Shown: positions 37,539 through 50,572, counted from the first letter of the stretch. The stretch: DNA of 64,000 bases from a bacterium (GCA_965200245.1 CBDATS010000004.1:960001-1024000); one strand, 5' to 3'. Notes: a model not told the origin generated them from the letters alone. Numbers and translations: made by a program.

Positions 37539-38499
37539 AGAGATCCTCATACACTTCCTCGGGTGCGGGTTCGGGGCTCTGACGCGCGAAAGCGAGCGCA
37601 TCTCTCAATTCGCTTTCCACCGCATTTGCGTGCGCTTTTTTCTGAACCTCGCTCACACCCAATATCTTCTCGGCTACGAGAAGGGGGTCTTTCTCCTTCC
37701 ACTCGTTCCACTCTTCCTCGGTTCGGTACGGACCGAACCGAGGATCTTTTCTGGAATGACCGAAATAGCGGTAGGTCTTCGCCTCGATGAGGCTGGGTCC
37801 CAGGCCCGTCCGCGCGCGATCCACGGCCTCGACCATGACCTCATGCACCGCCAGTACGTCCATGCCATCTACCGTGACACCGGGCGCGTCGTAAGCCGCC
37901 GCCCTCGCGCTGATGTCCGTCACCGAGGTGGCATACTGCACCCGTGTGCTCGAGGCGAAATGGTTGTTCTCGCAAAAGAAGATGACAGGCAGTTTCCATA
38001 TCGAGGCCAGATTCATCGACTCATGGAAACTGCCCTCGTTCGCGGCGCCATCACCGAAGAAGACGACCGCCACCTGACCTTTTCCATCGAAATGAAAGGC
38101 GAGGCCGATCCCCACCGCCATCGGCATGTTGGAACCCACTATGGAGTGCGCTCCGTAGTGGCCCTTCGATACGTCGGCAATGTGCATCGAGCCGCCCTTG
38201 GCGTGGCAAAGCCCGGTCGCCTTGCCCAGAAGCTCCGCCATCATCTCCGGCAGGCGCGTTCCCTTGGCGATGGAGTGGCCGTGACCACGGTGGGTTGTGA
38301 GAATCGCATCGTCTTCGCGAAGCGTGCTGCATGCGCCGACAGAGCAACCCTCCTGGCCAATGCTCACGTGGATGCCGCCCACCACTTCGCCCTGTTCGAA
38401 CAACTCGAACGCCGTCTCCTCGAAGCGGCGTATCCGCAGCATATCGCGATACATCGCCTGCATGCGCTCATCGCTCAGAAACGCCTTTTCTTCGGACAA
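37531..38499 (-). CDS. ThDP-dependent dehydrogenase E1 alpha subunit (copy 1)
   Basis: HRGHGH, GGSMH, GDGAAN..ENN, TYRYFGHS. TTG start behind AGGAG. Confidence 0.9.
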   Translation of the reverse strand: MSEEKAFLSDERMQAMYRDMLRIRRFEETAFELFEQGEVVGGIHVSIGQEGCSVGACSTLREDDAILTTHRGHGHSIAKGTRLPEMMAELLGKATGLCHAKGGSMHIADVSKGHYGAHSIVGSNMPMAVGIGLAFHFDGKGQVAVVFFGDGAANEGSFHESMNLASIWKLPVIFFCENNHFASSTRVQYATSVTDISARAAAYDAPGVTVDGMDVLAVHEVMVEAVDRARTGLGPSLIEAKTYRYFGHSRKDPRFGPYRTEEEWNEWKEKDPLLVAEKILGVSEVQKKAHANAVESELRDALAFARQSPEPAPEEVYEDLYA

Positions 38500-38583
38500 C
38501 GAAGTTCTCCTCAAACACGGGAAGATGAATTTTCTCGCTCGGGAGTTTCAAGATTCTCACAAATCGCCGTCCCTGGCCAGCAA

Positions 38584-38991
38584 TCAGGAGGAATTCGCAC
38601 GTTCTTCCCCGGCTTGCTCATCGGCGATGCGTTTGAGCGCGTAAAGGCCTTCCATCAACACGGGCGCGCCGCCGCCGATGCTGGCCACCTCGAAGGCCTC
38701 AAGCACTTCTTCCATCGTCGCGCCCAGGCGCAGGGCTTTTTTCGTGTGGGTGTAGACTTCGTGTTTCATGCCCTTGAAGGCAAGCAGGCCGATTTCGATG
38801 AGTTCGCGCGTCTTCGGGTCGAGATGTCTGGGTTCTTCCTTGAAAAATCCCCAGTGCATCTGCGAGTAGACCTCGAAATAGTCCGGGTCCAGTTGCGCGC
38901 CAAAGCCGAGCACGTCGTAGACGAAACCGCGGTCGCCATGAATCTTTTCCGTGATTCGTTTTACTTTTTCTTCCCTGGTTTCTTCCACCAT
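38584..38991 (-). CDS. Carboxymuconolactone decarboxylase/AhpD-like protein
   Basis: LDPKTRELI..G...HTKKALRLGAT.EEV.E...A...GG.P. No CxxC. Confidence 0.82.
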   Translation of the reverse strand: MVEETREEKVKRITEKIHGDRGFVYDVLGFGAQLDPDYFEVYSQMHWGFFKEEPRHLDPKTRELIEIGLLAFKGMKHEVYTHTKKALRLGATMEEVLEAFEVASIGGGAPVLMEGLYALKRIADEQAGEERANSS

Positions 38992-39019
38992 TTTCTTCTC
39001 CTTATGCGAACAAGACAAA

Positions 39020-39050
39020 GGCGGGAGCCTCAAAACGCGAAGCCCCCGCC
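39020..39050 (-). terminator. Possible intra-operon hairpin/terminator
   Basis: Minus strand GGCGGGGGCTTC-N7-GAGGCTCCCGCC followed by TTTG. Confidence 0.45.
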
Positions 39051-39063
39051 AAAACGAAACATT

Positions 39064-40236
39064 TTACGCCGTGGCGAACCTGTCCATCCACCAGTCGGCG
39101 ATCCAGTCCCCGCACATCGGCAGGTTGTCGAACACGCAGTGCTGGCTGCCGCCGTCCTCGTCGGTGAAAATCCTGAGTTCTTTCTCTTCGGAACCGCATG
39201 CCTCATAGAGCCTGTGGGCCATCTCGACCGGCACGATGTTGTCGTTCTGGCCGTGGGTGATGCAAATTGGCATGCGTATCTTCTCTGCGACGCCCGCCAA
39301 GGTGTAGGCCTTGCATTTTGCCATTGCGGAATCCATGTCCGGCGCGCCCAGCACCCAGGGCAACTGCCAGATGGCAGATGAGGATACGGTGCCGCCGCTT
39401 TCAAGCACCCGTCTCCTGTGCACCCATACCTCGTGATAGTCGAAATGCGCACCCCAGGTGAGGCAAGCCGCGTAGCGGTGCTCGAAGGCGGCGATGCGCG
39501 GGGCGTAGTAGCCGCCCATGCTCATGGCCATCAAGCCGATGCGCGAAGAATCCACCTCCATACGCGTGTCCAGAAAATCGAACGCCGCTGTTCCCGCCAC
39601 CTCGTAATCGAAGCGGCTCGGTATCTTGCGGAGCCTGAGCGTCTCGCCCTGACCGGGACCGTCCACGCAGAGCACACCGACGCCCCGCTCTATCAGGGCG
39701 AGCGCACCCCACAAGACGGTGATCTCCTTGGACCCGTCCAGTCCATTGAAGAACGCCACGTAAGGGTCATTGCCTGTGGGTTGTCTCGGGGGAAGAAGAT
39801 AGGCGGCCAGAGGACCTTCTTCGTAGGGAACGTCCACGCGTTCGAAGCCGGCAACGCGGTATTTCATCCCCTTCTCATAATGGGACAGGAGTTTCCTGTA
39901 GGATTCGGATTTTCTCGGATCGTCGGGATGGACGAAACGCTCGCTCGCGTAGCGGTAGACAGCACTCCGCACATAGGCCGCCATCGCGGTGCGCGTGTGG
40001 CCCTTTCGCTCCTCATCCTCCGCCCGGGCGAGGGTCTTGTCCGACATCCAGGACCAGGCGTCGTGCCAGGCTTCGGCGTCGCCTACCCATCCGCCCAGGC
40101 ACTTGCCGATCTGGTCGATTTCCTGAAAGTTCGAACCGCCCATCGGGGCGATGTTTATCTGCCCGCTCATCAATTGCGACCAAAGATAGTGTTCCGGGAA
40201 GTATCGAAACCAGGAACCGATGATGTTTTCCGACAT
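39064..40236 (-). CDS. Alpha/beta hydrolase, 2,6-dihydroxypseudooxynicotine hydrolase-like
   Basis: NGLDGSKE, DGPGQGE, MSMGGYYAPR, HG..D, QHC. Confidence 0.85.
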   Translation of the reverse strand: MSENIIGSWFRYFPEHYLWSQLMSGQINIAPMGGSNFQEIDQIGKCLGGWVGDAEAWHDAWSWMSDKTLARAEDEERKGHTRTAMAAYVRSAVYRYASERFVHPDDPRKSESYRKLLSHYEKGMKYRVAGFERVDVPYEEGPLAAYLLPPRQPTGNDPYVAFFNGLDGSKEITVLWGALALIERGVGVLCVDGPGQGETLRLRKIPSRFDYEVAGTAAFDFLDTRMEVDSSRIGLMAMSMGGYYAPRIAAFEHRYAACLTWGAHFDYHEVWVHRRRVLESGGTVSSSAIWQLPWVLGAPDMDSAMAKCKAYTLAGVAEKIRMPICITHGQNDNIVPVEMAHRLYEACGSEEKELRIFTDEDGGSQHCVFDNLPMCGDWIADWWMDRFATA

Positions 40237-40356
40237 GCAAAGTCCCCCAAAGTTGAATCAATTCACGTATTTAGTCGTTATGCGATGCGAGGAACATACA
40301 CGCAAGGCTTACGCGTTCTCAAGGAAAGGATGCTGTGAAGCATATTTTCCCAAGCT

Positions 40357-40386
40357 TTGACGATTCGTTCAAATCCGTGATAGATT
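40357..40386 (+). promoter_or_regulatory. Putative sigma70 promoter with extended -10
   Basis: TTGACG-N18-TAGATT with TG immediately upstream of the -10. Confidence 0.4.
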
Positions 40387-40507
40387 TTCCGTATTCACCA
40401 TGAAGACACACAAATTACGTTACACTCTCGGCAACTCAAGAGGTGTTTGCGACTTTCAACGGAGTAGGTTTTTGGAACCTGTTCCATTCCCTAAAGGAGG
40501 AAAAACC

Positions 40508-42037
40508 ATGCGGAAGTTTCTCGTAATCCTAGCTGTCTTCGCGATTCTGGCGGTCGGGGCACCAATGACGGCGCAAGCAAAGAGGACCGTCACCATCGCC
40601 CTGACGGGTGAACCACCGACGATGGACCCGCACCGTGTCTCGAACTTTATCGGCGCGATGGTCTGGCGTTGGAGCTACGATACCCTTCTTCACGCCGAGA
40701 CCGGAACCGGCGCGAAAAAACCCTGGCTCGCCACCAAGTGGGTCCAACTCTCTCCTCTGAAATGGAAGTTCCATTTGAGAAAGGGCGTAAAATTCTCCGA
40801 CGGCACACCCTTCACGGCGGAGAGCTTCAAGTACACCATCAGCCGCATCATGAAATCCGCGCGGCAAAGACAATACTTCAAGAATGTCGATAAAATCGAG
40901 GTTCTCGACGATCACACCTTCATCTATCACAACAAAGAACATGACGGCGGAATGTGGAACCGCCTGACCCGCTGGGCCGGCCCCATCAGCCCGAAAACGA
41001 AGGGCTTGGACCTCGCCAAAATATCGCGCAACACCTTCGGTACGGGCCCCTACATCCTGAAATCCTGGACCAAGGGCCAGAAGATGGTGTTCGATGCGAA
41101 CCCGAACTGGTGGAACAACAAGAACTTCCCGAAACGGCCGCAGCGTGTCGTCCTCCGCCGCATCCGCGAGAGTGCCACGCGCGCCAAGGCACTTCAGGCG
41201 GGCGAAATCGGCGTGGCCTGGGGCATCATGCCGCAGTTCATCCCCCAACTCGAGAAAAACCCGAAGACGAAAGTCGCCGTCGTCCCCGCCGTTCGTATCA
41301 TGCACATGGGCTTTTTCACTCAACACGGCGGCCCGATGGCCAATGTGAAAGTGCGCAGGGCGATCAACTACGCCATCGACGCGGAAGCGATTCGCACGAC
41401 AATCCTGGGCGGACGCGCAGACCTCTTCGGCCAGATGCTTCACCCCTGGAACTATTCGGGCTACAACCCACAGAAGAAGTGGTACGGCTACGACCCGGCC
41501 AAGGCGAAAGCCCTTCTCAAGGAAGCCGGATACGACAAGGGTTTCAAGATGGAAGTCATCGCCACGAACGGCCGCTACCCGGGCGACAAGCCCACGTGTG
41601 AGGCCATCGCCGGCATGATCAAGAAAGTCGGCGTGGACGCCACCTGCAATTCCCAACGTTTCCCGCTCTACAAGAAGCTCCACCGCGCCTATAAAGCCGG
41701 CAAGAAGAAGGGCGCAGCGGCCTACTACATGGGCTTCGGCAACGGCCAGGGCGATTCCACCTCCGTTCTTCGCGGCACGTCGGGTTGCAAAGGCCCCTGG
41801 AGCGGCATGTGCTTCCGCGAACTGGATAAGGCGATAGACGCGGCAACGGCCACCGTCGACCCCAAAAAGCAGCAAATGGCGTTCGAGGGTGTGACGGACA
41901 TGATGAAAGATTTGGCCACTCACAAGATCGTCGTGAAGATCCACGACGTGCTCGGCCACCAGGCAAATCTCAAGTGGACCCCGCGCCATGACGAGACTCT
42001 TCTCCCCTGGGAGATCGAAGTGCTCGGCATGAACTAA
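40508..42037 (+). CDS. ABC transporter substrate-binding protein, family 5 (DppA-like)
   Basis: Signal peptide, FHLRKGVKFSDGTPFTA, GTGPY, VRRAINYAID, YDPAKAKALLKEAG. AGGAGG RBS. Confidence 0.92.
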   Translation: MRKFLVILAVFAILAVGAPMTAQAKRTVTIALTGEPPTMDPHRVSNFIGAMVWRWSYDTLLHAETGTGAKKPWLATKWVQLSPLKWKFHLRKGVKFSDGTPFTAESFKYTISRIMKSARQRQYFKNVDKIEVLDDHTFIYHNKEHDGGMWNRLTRWAGPISPKTKGLDLAKISRNTFGTGPYILKSWTKGQKMVFDANPNWWNNKNFPKRPQRVVLRRIRESATRAKALQAGEIGVAWGIMPQFIPQLEKNPKTKVAVVPAVRIMHMGFFTQHGGPMANVKVRRAINYAIDAEAIRTTILGGRADLFGQMLHPWNYSGYNPQKKWYGYDPAKAKALLKEAGYDKGFKMEVIATNGRYPGDKPTCEAIAGMIKKVGVDATCNSQRFPLYKKLHRAYKAGKKKGAAAYYMGFGNGQGDSTSVLRGTSGCKGPWSGMCFRELDKAIDAATATVDPKKQQMAFEGVTDMMKDLATHKIVVKIHDVLGHQANLKWTPRHDETLLPWEIEVLGMN

Positions 42038-42058
42038 GCGGATCTTTTTCGCTGCACC

Positions 42059-42099
42059 AAGCCGCGGGAGGCGGTTCGACGTCTCCCGCGGCTTTTTTT
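42059..42099 (+). terminator. Intrinsic terminator
   Basis: AAGCCGCGGGAGGCG-loop-CGTCTCCCGCGGCTT followed by a T-run. Confidence 0.85.
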
Positions 42100-42139
42100 A
42101 CCCTGACGAGTCAACGACGTCTCTATTCGAGGATCAAAC

Positions 42140-43147
42140 ATGAAATTCGGCATTTTCCTGTCCGCACAGCAGACACTGGACGCCAATCTGGTCGAAGCCT
42201 TTCACGAACAAATCGCTCTGGTACAACTTGCGCGTGATAAGGGATGGGATTCTTTCTTCACCGGCCAGCACTACCTAAGCGAAGGGAACGTGCAGCATCT
42301 TCAAAACCTGCCCTTTCTCGCGCGCCTGAAGGCCGAGGCGGGCGACATGACGCTTGGCATCGGCGTCTTGCTCATCAACCTGCACAATCCGGTCTACGTG
42401 GCGGAGACCGTCGCCACCATGGACGTCATCGCCGAGGGGAACATGGTGTTCGGTGTAGGCCTCGGCTACCGCGATGTGGAGTTCGACGCCTTCGGCGTCC
42501 GGCGCGGCGAGCTGGTGAAGCGCTTCGTAGATTGCCTCGAACTGGTGAAACGCCTCTGGACGGAAGAGTCCGTCTCGTTCGAGAGCGAATACTGCATCCT
42601 CGAAGAAGTGCGCATGAACATGCGTCCCGTGCAGATGCCCCATCCGCCCATCTGGTTTGCGGCGAACAACGACCCGGCTGTGAAGCGTGCGGCTCACCTG
42701 GGCGACACGCTTTTCATTAACCCCCACGCCACCACGGCGACCATCGTCCGCCAGATGGACGTCTACCGTGAAGGCCTGACGGAAGCGGGTAAACCCTTCC
42801 CGGAGGAGCTTCCCTGCATGAAGGAGGTATTCTGCGCCAGGGACAGAAAAACCGCCCTTGAACTGGCAGGCCCCTATCTTGGCCAGAAATACAGGGACTA
42901 CGCCCGCTGGGGGCAGGACAAGGCCCTGCCCGGGGATGAGACCTTCGACAGGCCATTCGAGGAGTTGCTCCAGGATCGTTTCATCATCGGCTCGCCCGAG
43001 GATTGCTACGAAGGGCTCAAGCCCTACAAGGACATGGGCGTGAATCACCTGATCATCCGTACGAACTGGATCGGCATGCCCGCCTCCTCGGCGATGGAGA
43101 GCGTACGACTTATCTCGGACGAACTCATGCCCGCGCTGAAAACATAG
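42140..43147 (+). CDS. LLM-class flavin-dependent oxidoreductase
   Basis: MKFGIF, NPVYVAE..AT.D, GVGLGYR..EF..FG, PVQ.PHPPIW, IGSPE. Confidence 0.9.
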   Translation: MKFGIFLSAQQTLDANLVEAFHEQIALVQLARDKGWDSFFTGQHYLSEGNVQHLQNLPFLARLKAEAGDMTLGIGVLLINLHNPVYVAETVATMDVIAEGNMVFGVGLGYRDVEFDAFGVRRGELVKRFVDCLELVKRLWTEESVSFESEYCILEEVRMNMRPVQMPHPPIWFAANNDPAVKRAAHLGDTLFINPHATTATIVRQMDVYREGLTEAGKPFPEELPCMKEVFCARDRKTALELAGPYLGQKYRDYARWGQDKALPGDETFDRPFEELLQDRFIIGSPEDCYEGLKPYKDMGVNHLIIRTNWIGMPASSAMESVRLISDELMPALKT

Positions 43148-43174
43148 ACACCCGGACCCAAAGGAGACTCGATT

Positions 43175-44365
43175 ATGGCCTCTGCAAAAGACTTTCCCCG
43201 CTACCCGAAAGCCGAATACGCGCGCCGCTACCGCGAGATCAGAAAGAGGATGCGCACACGGGGCATCGACGCGCTCATCTTTTACGGGGATTCCGGGATG
43301 CAGGGCGGCAATCAGGCCAACCTGAAATACGTCACGAACTACAAGGACCCGGTGAGCAGCTTGTTCGTCTTTCCGCGCAAGGGTGCGCCTGCGCTGTTCA
43401 TATCGAACAGGCTTTACCTCCCCTACGCCAAAAAGATGAGCATTATCGAGAAGACCGAAGCCGTGGACTACGAGCCGGGCCCAAAGGTCGAGGGACGCAT
43501 CCGTGAACTGGGTCTCGAGAAAGGGACTATCGGCCTCGTCGGGTTTCGCGGCATTCTGCCGGTGTCCCTGCCGTTCAGCGTGGTGGATTACTGGCGCAAG
43601 GCTCTCAAGGACGCGAACTTCACAGACGCCTCGGACATCCTTGCCGAGGTGCGGCTCATCAAGAGCCATGAGGAACTCAAGTGGTTCCGGCGCGGCGCGG
43701 CACTCACGGACATGGCCTTCGAGGCGCTGGACAGTCAGGCAAAGACAGGCATGAGCGAGTTCGAACTCGCCGCCACCATCTCCGGCGCCTACGTGCCCAA
43801 TGGCGGAAGCCCGCAGCTCATATTCGTGGGTTCGACCTCCATGGCGAGACCTCAGTTGATCTTCCCCAACCAGTACCCCTCGCACCGCAAAATCAGAAAA
43901 GGTGACATCGTGCTGACGGAGCTATCCGCCGATTACGAAATGCACCCGGGTCAGGCGCACCGGCCCATTTCCGTAGGCGTGGAACCAACTCCCATCTATC
44001 AGAAACTCTATGAAGTAGGCGTGGAGGCCTACAGGCGCATCCTCGAGGCATTGAAGCCGGGCAACACGCAGGAGGATATCCGGAAGGCGGGTTCCATCAT
44101 CAAGGAGGAGGGGTTCACCACCTTCGACACCACATTCCATGGCTGGGGGCTGCTCATCGAAAACCCCCGCATTGACGTGTCAGCCACCATCCTCAAGCGT
44201 CCGCAGAACGAGATCACCTTCAAGGAAGGTATGCTCATGGTGATTCAGCCCAACGTCTGCACGGCGGACGGCAAACGCGGTCTCCAGGTGGGAAACCTCG
44301 TGGAGGTCACCAAAACCGGCGCGCGAGCCCTCCAGAAGTTTCCCATGAAGTTCATGCGCATATAG
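43175..44365 (+). CDS. M24-fold creatinase-like hydrolase (metal ligands not conserved)
   Basis: Creatinase N-domain, RLIKSHEE, HGWGL. IQPN and QVGN stand where the Glu ligands normally are. Confidence 0.8.
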   Translation: MASAKDFPRYPKAEYARRYREIRKRMRTRGIDALIFYGDSGMQGGNQANLKYVTNYKDPVSSLFVFPRKGAPALFISNRLYLPYAKKMSIIEKTEAVDYEPGPKVEGRIRELGLEKGTIGLVGFRGILPVSLPFSVVDYWRKALKDANFTDASDILAEVRLIKSHEELKWFRRGAALTDMAFEALDSQAKTGMSEFELAATISGAYVPNGGSPQLIFVGSTSMARPQLIFPNQYPSHRKIRKGDIVLTELSADYEMHPGQAHRPISVGVEPTPIYQKLYEVGVEAYRRILEALKPGNTQEDIRKAGSIIKEEGFTTFDTTFHGWGLLIENPRIDVSATILKRPQNEITFKEGMLMVIQPNVCTADGKRGLQVGNLVEVTKTGARALQKFPMKFMRI

Positions 44366-44367
44366 AT

Positions 44368-44400
44368 AACCGCCCCGCAGGAAGAATCTGCGGGGCGGTT
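44368..44400. terminator. Hairpin between convergent genes
   Basis: AACCGCCCCGCAG-N7-CTGCGGGGCGGTT. Confidence 0.65.
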
Positions 44401-44416
44401 CGCATGATCAGGCGAA

Positions 44417-44860
44417 TCAGTTGGCCGGCATGGCCGCTATCTTCCTTTCGAGATCCTCGGCAAGGGGGGAACCCAGGCTCTTGAGCTTTTGCAGGTCCGC
44501 CAGGGCGGCCGACCTGTTCCCGGCCATGACGTGGGCGACGCCTCTGTATTCGAGAGCGGGTGCATAGTTGGGCTTGATGGAAAGCGCCTTGTTGTAGGCG
44601 GCGATAGCCTCTTTCGCCTTGTTCATCTTGCGCAAGGAATAACCCAGCATGTTGAAGGCCTTGTAATGTTGATCGTCTTCTTCAATCGCCTTGCGGAACA
44701 GAACCGCCGCTTCCGCCCATTCTCCCTGCCGCGCCTTTTCCTCGCCTTGCGCATAATTCTGTCCGGCCGTCTCGGGTTTGGGATCCCCCGCCGGATAAGA
44801 AGGCACAGCCAGAACGAGCGACATTACAAACACGAATGCAGCCAGGGATAGAATTTTCAT
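44417..44860 (-). CDS. Secreted tetratricopeptide-repeat protein
   Basis: Signal peptide and repeats such as AFNMLGYSLRKM..EAIAAYNKALSIKPNYA. Confidence 0.85.
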   Translation of the reverse strand: MKILSLAAFVFVMSLVLAVPSYPAGDPKPETAGQNYAQGEEKARQGEWAEAAVLFRKAIEEDDQHYKAFNMLGYSLRKMNKAKEAIAAYNKALSIKPNYAPALEYRGVAHVMAGNRSAALADLQKLKSLGSPLAEDLERKIAAMPAN

Positions 44861-44971
44861 GGCGTTATCTCCTGAAAAACGAAACACTCACTCAAGTCGG
44901 TGTATCCGGAATCGGCGATCCTGCCCAAACGGTCGAACGCGCTTGTCAGGCTCAGGTATACGATAAACAAA

Positions 44972-45011
44972 GAGGGCCGTCATTCACCCCACCGGGTAAG
45001 CGACGGCCCTC
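44972..45011 (-). terminator. atp operon terminator
   Basis: GAGGGCCGTC..GACGGCCCTC stem followed by TTTGTTT on the minus strand, just after atpC. Confidence 0.7.
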
Positions 45012-45025
45012 ATGTGAAATATCCG

Positions 45026-45451
45026 CTAGTTGTTGAGTCCGCTTTGGTTCGCCACGGAAATGCGGGTAATCGCGCGCTTGAGAGCCAATTCGGCACGGTC
45101 GAAATCCAGTTCCTCTTCGGTTTTCTGACCCGACATCCGCTCCTGTGCGCGCTGGCGCGCCTCCTGCGCGCGTTCGGCGTCTATGTCCTCTGCCCGTTCG
45201 GCGTGCTCCGCCAAGATGGTGATCTTCTCCGGACCGACCTCGGCGTATCCCTCGATGATGGAGATGAAATAACGCGCACTCCCCGTGCGGTAGCTGAGCA
45301 CCCCGACTCCGAGCTGGCACAGGTAAGGCGTGTGCTGGGGCAAAACGCCGAACTCACCGTAAAAACCGGGAGCCGTCACCTCATCCACCTCGGCGGATAC
45401 GAGTTTCCGCTCCGGCGTTACGATGTCGAGCATCATCTTGCCTTCGACCAT
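45026..45451 (-). CDS. atpC: ATP synthase F1 epsilon
   Basis: IVTPER, GEFGVLPQH, GYAEV, ILAEHAE. Confidence 0.95.
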   Translation of the reverse strand: MVEGKMMLDIVTPERKLVSAEVDEVTAPGFYGEFGVLPQHTPYLCQLGVGVLSYRTGSARYFISIIEGYAEVGPEKITILAEHAERAEDIDAERAQEARQRAQERMSGQKTEEELDFDRAELALKRAITRISVANQSGLNN

Positions 45452-45455
45452 TCTC

Positions 45456-46961
<1,506 letters not shown>

Positions 46962-47843
46962 CTAAGCCAGTGCATCGGCCCCGGCCACCACTTCGAGCAG
47001 TTCCGTGGTGATCGAAGCCTGACGCACGCGGTTCATCTGCAACGTCAATGCCGCTATCATCTCTTCAGCGTTTCTGGACGCGTTGTCCATCGCCGTCATG
47101 CGGGCACCAAACTCGCTCGCCTCGGCGTCGAGGAGCGACCTGTATATCTGCACGCGCATATGCCGGGGCAGGATACTGTCCAGAACGCCCTCCATGGAGG
47201 GTTCATAAATGTATTCCGCCGCCACGGGTTCGCCCTGTTCGTCGAGCGAATCGGGCACCGGAGGCGCCAGTGGAAGAAGACGCGAGAGTCTCGGGCTTTG
47301 GCTCAGAATCGTGCGAAACTCCGTTGTGATGATGTGGACCTCGTCAAAACCCTCTTCGAGATACGCCCTGTTCATGATCTCGGCCAGCTGCGAAGCCAGG
47401 GCAAAGTCTATCTTTCCGTAAACATCGGTCAACTGCTCCTTGAAGGAAAATTCCCGGCGGGCCAGGAAATCACGGCCCTTGCGGCCCACGACGATGATTT
47501 CCGTCTCCTTGCCCGCTTCTTCCCGCGTCCTCAGGAACTCAAGCACCTGACGCAGCAGGTTGGTGTTGTAGCCGCCGCAAAGACCCTTGTCCGAAGTGAT
47601 GACAAGCAGGAGCACCCTGTCGTCCTTCATGTCGTCACGAAGAAGCGGGTGCGTGTCCGCGGAGACTTTCGCAGCCAGCGAGTTCACCAACTCCTCTATC
47701 TTTTCGCTGTAGGGCCGTGCGCTCTCGATGCGTTCCTGTGCCCTGCGCACTTTCGAAGCCGCCACGAGCTTCATCGCCCGCGTGATCTGCTGGGTGTTCT
47801 TTACGCTGCGTATTCGGCGTTTGTAATCTCTGGTAGAAGCCAT
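46962..47843 (-). CDS. atpG: ATP synthase F1 gamma
   Basis: ITRAMKLVAASK, DKGLCG, RQASITTE. Confidence 0.97.
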   Translation of the reverse strand: MASTRDYKRRIRSVKNTQQITRAMKLVAASKVRRAQERIESARPYSEKIEELVNSLAAKVSADTHPLLRDDMKDDRVLLLVITSDKGLCGGYNTNLLRQVLEFLRTREEAGKETEIIVVGRKGRDFLARREFSFKEQLTDVYGKIDFALASQLAEIMNRAYLEEGFDEVHIITTEFRTILSQSPRLSRLLPLAPPVPDSLDEQGEPVAAEYIYEPSMEGVLDSILPRHMRVQIYRSLLDAEASEFGARMTAMDNASRNAEEMIAALTLQMNRVRQASITTELLEVVAGADALA

Positions 47844-47850
47844 AATTCAC

Positions 47851-49392
<1,542 letters not shown>

Positions 49393-49430
49393 GGATTGCC
49401 CCCTTGCTCCTTCAACTTTTTCAGAGAGTA

Positions 49431-49973
49431 TCAACTCGTAATCAACGTATTCCTTAAATTGCGAAGCTGGTTCCTGATGCTTCCGTCCATGACGACGCCG
49501 CCCACGCGGCAGACCAGCCCGCCTATCAACGCCTCGTCCGTCTCCACTTCCATGAGCACTTCACTGCCCGTGATTTCGGAGAGTTTTTCACGCAACCTCT
49601 CTATAGCCGCATGATCCAGTTCATAAGCCGACTTGACCTGGGCACGAACCCGGCCACGCCTCTCGTCTGCAAGTTGCCGGTAGCTGTTCGCCATGGCGGA
49701 GAGTTCGCCGATGCGGTCTTTCTCGGCCACTACACGCACAAAACTACGCAACAATTCGCTCGCGCCCGATGCGGTCATTATCTCGTCAAGTATTTTCACT
49801 CGCTCGGCGCGCGCGAAACGCGGGTTCAGCAAAACGCGCCGCAATTCCTGATTTCCCTGAAACTCCCTCGCTGTTTCCGTCAGCGCCTCTCCTGTTTCGC
49901 CCAGAACGCCGCGGCTTTCAGCGATGTCCACCAATGCCCGCGCATAGCGGCGCGCCGCATCGCCACCAATCAC
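49431..49973 (-). CDS. atpH: ATP synthase F1 delta
   Basis: [20 protein letters not shown]; operon position. Confidence 0.95.
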   Translation of the reverse strand: MIGGDAARRYARALVDIAESRGVLGETGEALTETAREFQGNQELRRVLLNPRFARAERVKILDEIMTASGASELLRSFVRVVAEKDRIGELSAMANSYRQLADERRGRVRAQVKSAYELDHAAIERLREKLSEITGSEVLMEVETDEALIGGLVCRVGGVVMDGSIRNQLRNLRNTLITS

Positions 49974-50572
49974 AGCGATCCCCCGTTTCTATCTTCGAGC
50001 CTGACGAGATAGTTCTCCACGAATCGTTCCTGATCCGCCTCGCCCAACTCCTTTTTGAGCATCTCCTCGGCGAGGTTCAAGGCCAGATTCGCCGCCAGAT
50101 TCTGTAGTTCCGCACGCGCCTTGGAAGCCTCAAGTTCGATAGTCGATCTCGTCTGCTCAAGCAGGCGCTGTGCCTGGGCATCCCGATCTCCCTCGAGTCT
50201 TTCGCGCATGGCGACACGTTCTTTCTCGCCCTGCTCGCGAACGCGCACGAGTCCGGCCTCAAGATCGGCCACCCTAGAACGCTGCTCGGCAAGCTCCTTT
50301 TCAGCCTCCTCACGGGCAGCCCGGGAATCTTCGAGCACCTTGCGAATGCCCTCGCGCCTGTCCTTGAGGAAATTTCTGATAGGATGATACGCCACCTTGT
50401 AGAGAATACCCACGACGATGAGCGTGTTGACGAGCTTGAAGAGTTCCTCGGTGAAGCTGAACGCCTTATGGTGTGCACCGGCCTCCGCGGCCAAGGCCCA
50501 TCCCGCGTCAAGCAGGGCCGCCGCCAAAACCACCAAGCCCCATAGGCTGCAGTATTTTATCTTTGAAAGCAC
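49970..50572 (-). CDS. atpF: ATP synthase F0 subunit b
   Basis: TM helix (KLVN..ILY), PI..FL..R..I, coiled coil; operon position. Confidence 0.9.
   Translation of the reverse strand: MLSKIKYCSLWGLVVLAAALLDAGWALAAEAGAHHKAFSFTEELFKLVNTLIVVGILYKVAYHPIRNFLKDRREGIRKVLEDSRAAREEAEKELAEQRSRVADLEAGLVRVREQGEKERVAMRERLEGDRDAQAQRLLEQTRSTIELEASKARAELQNLAANLALNLAEEMLKKELGEADQERFVENYLVRLEDRNGGSL

Noticed and set aside
37513-39381. 622-aa plus-strand ORF
   Set aside because: Antisense to E1 alpha, AhpD-like and hydrolase genes.
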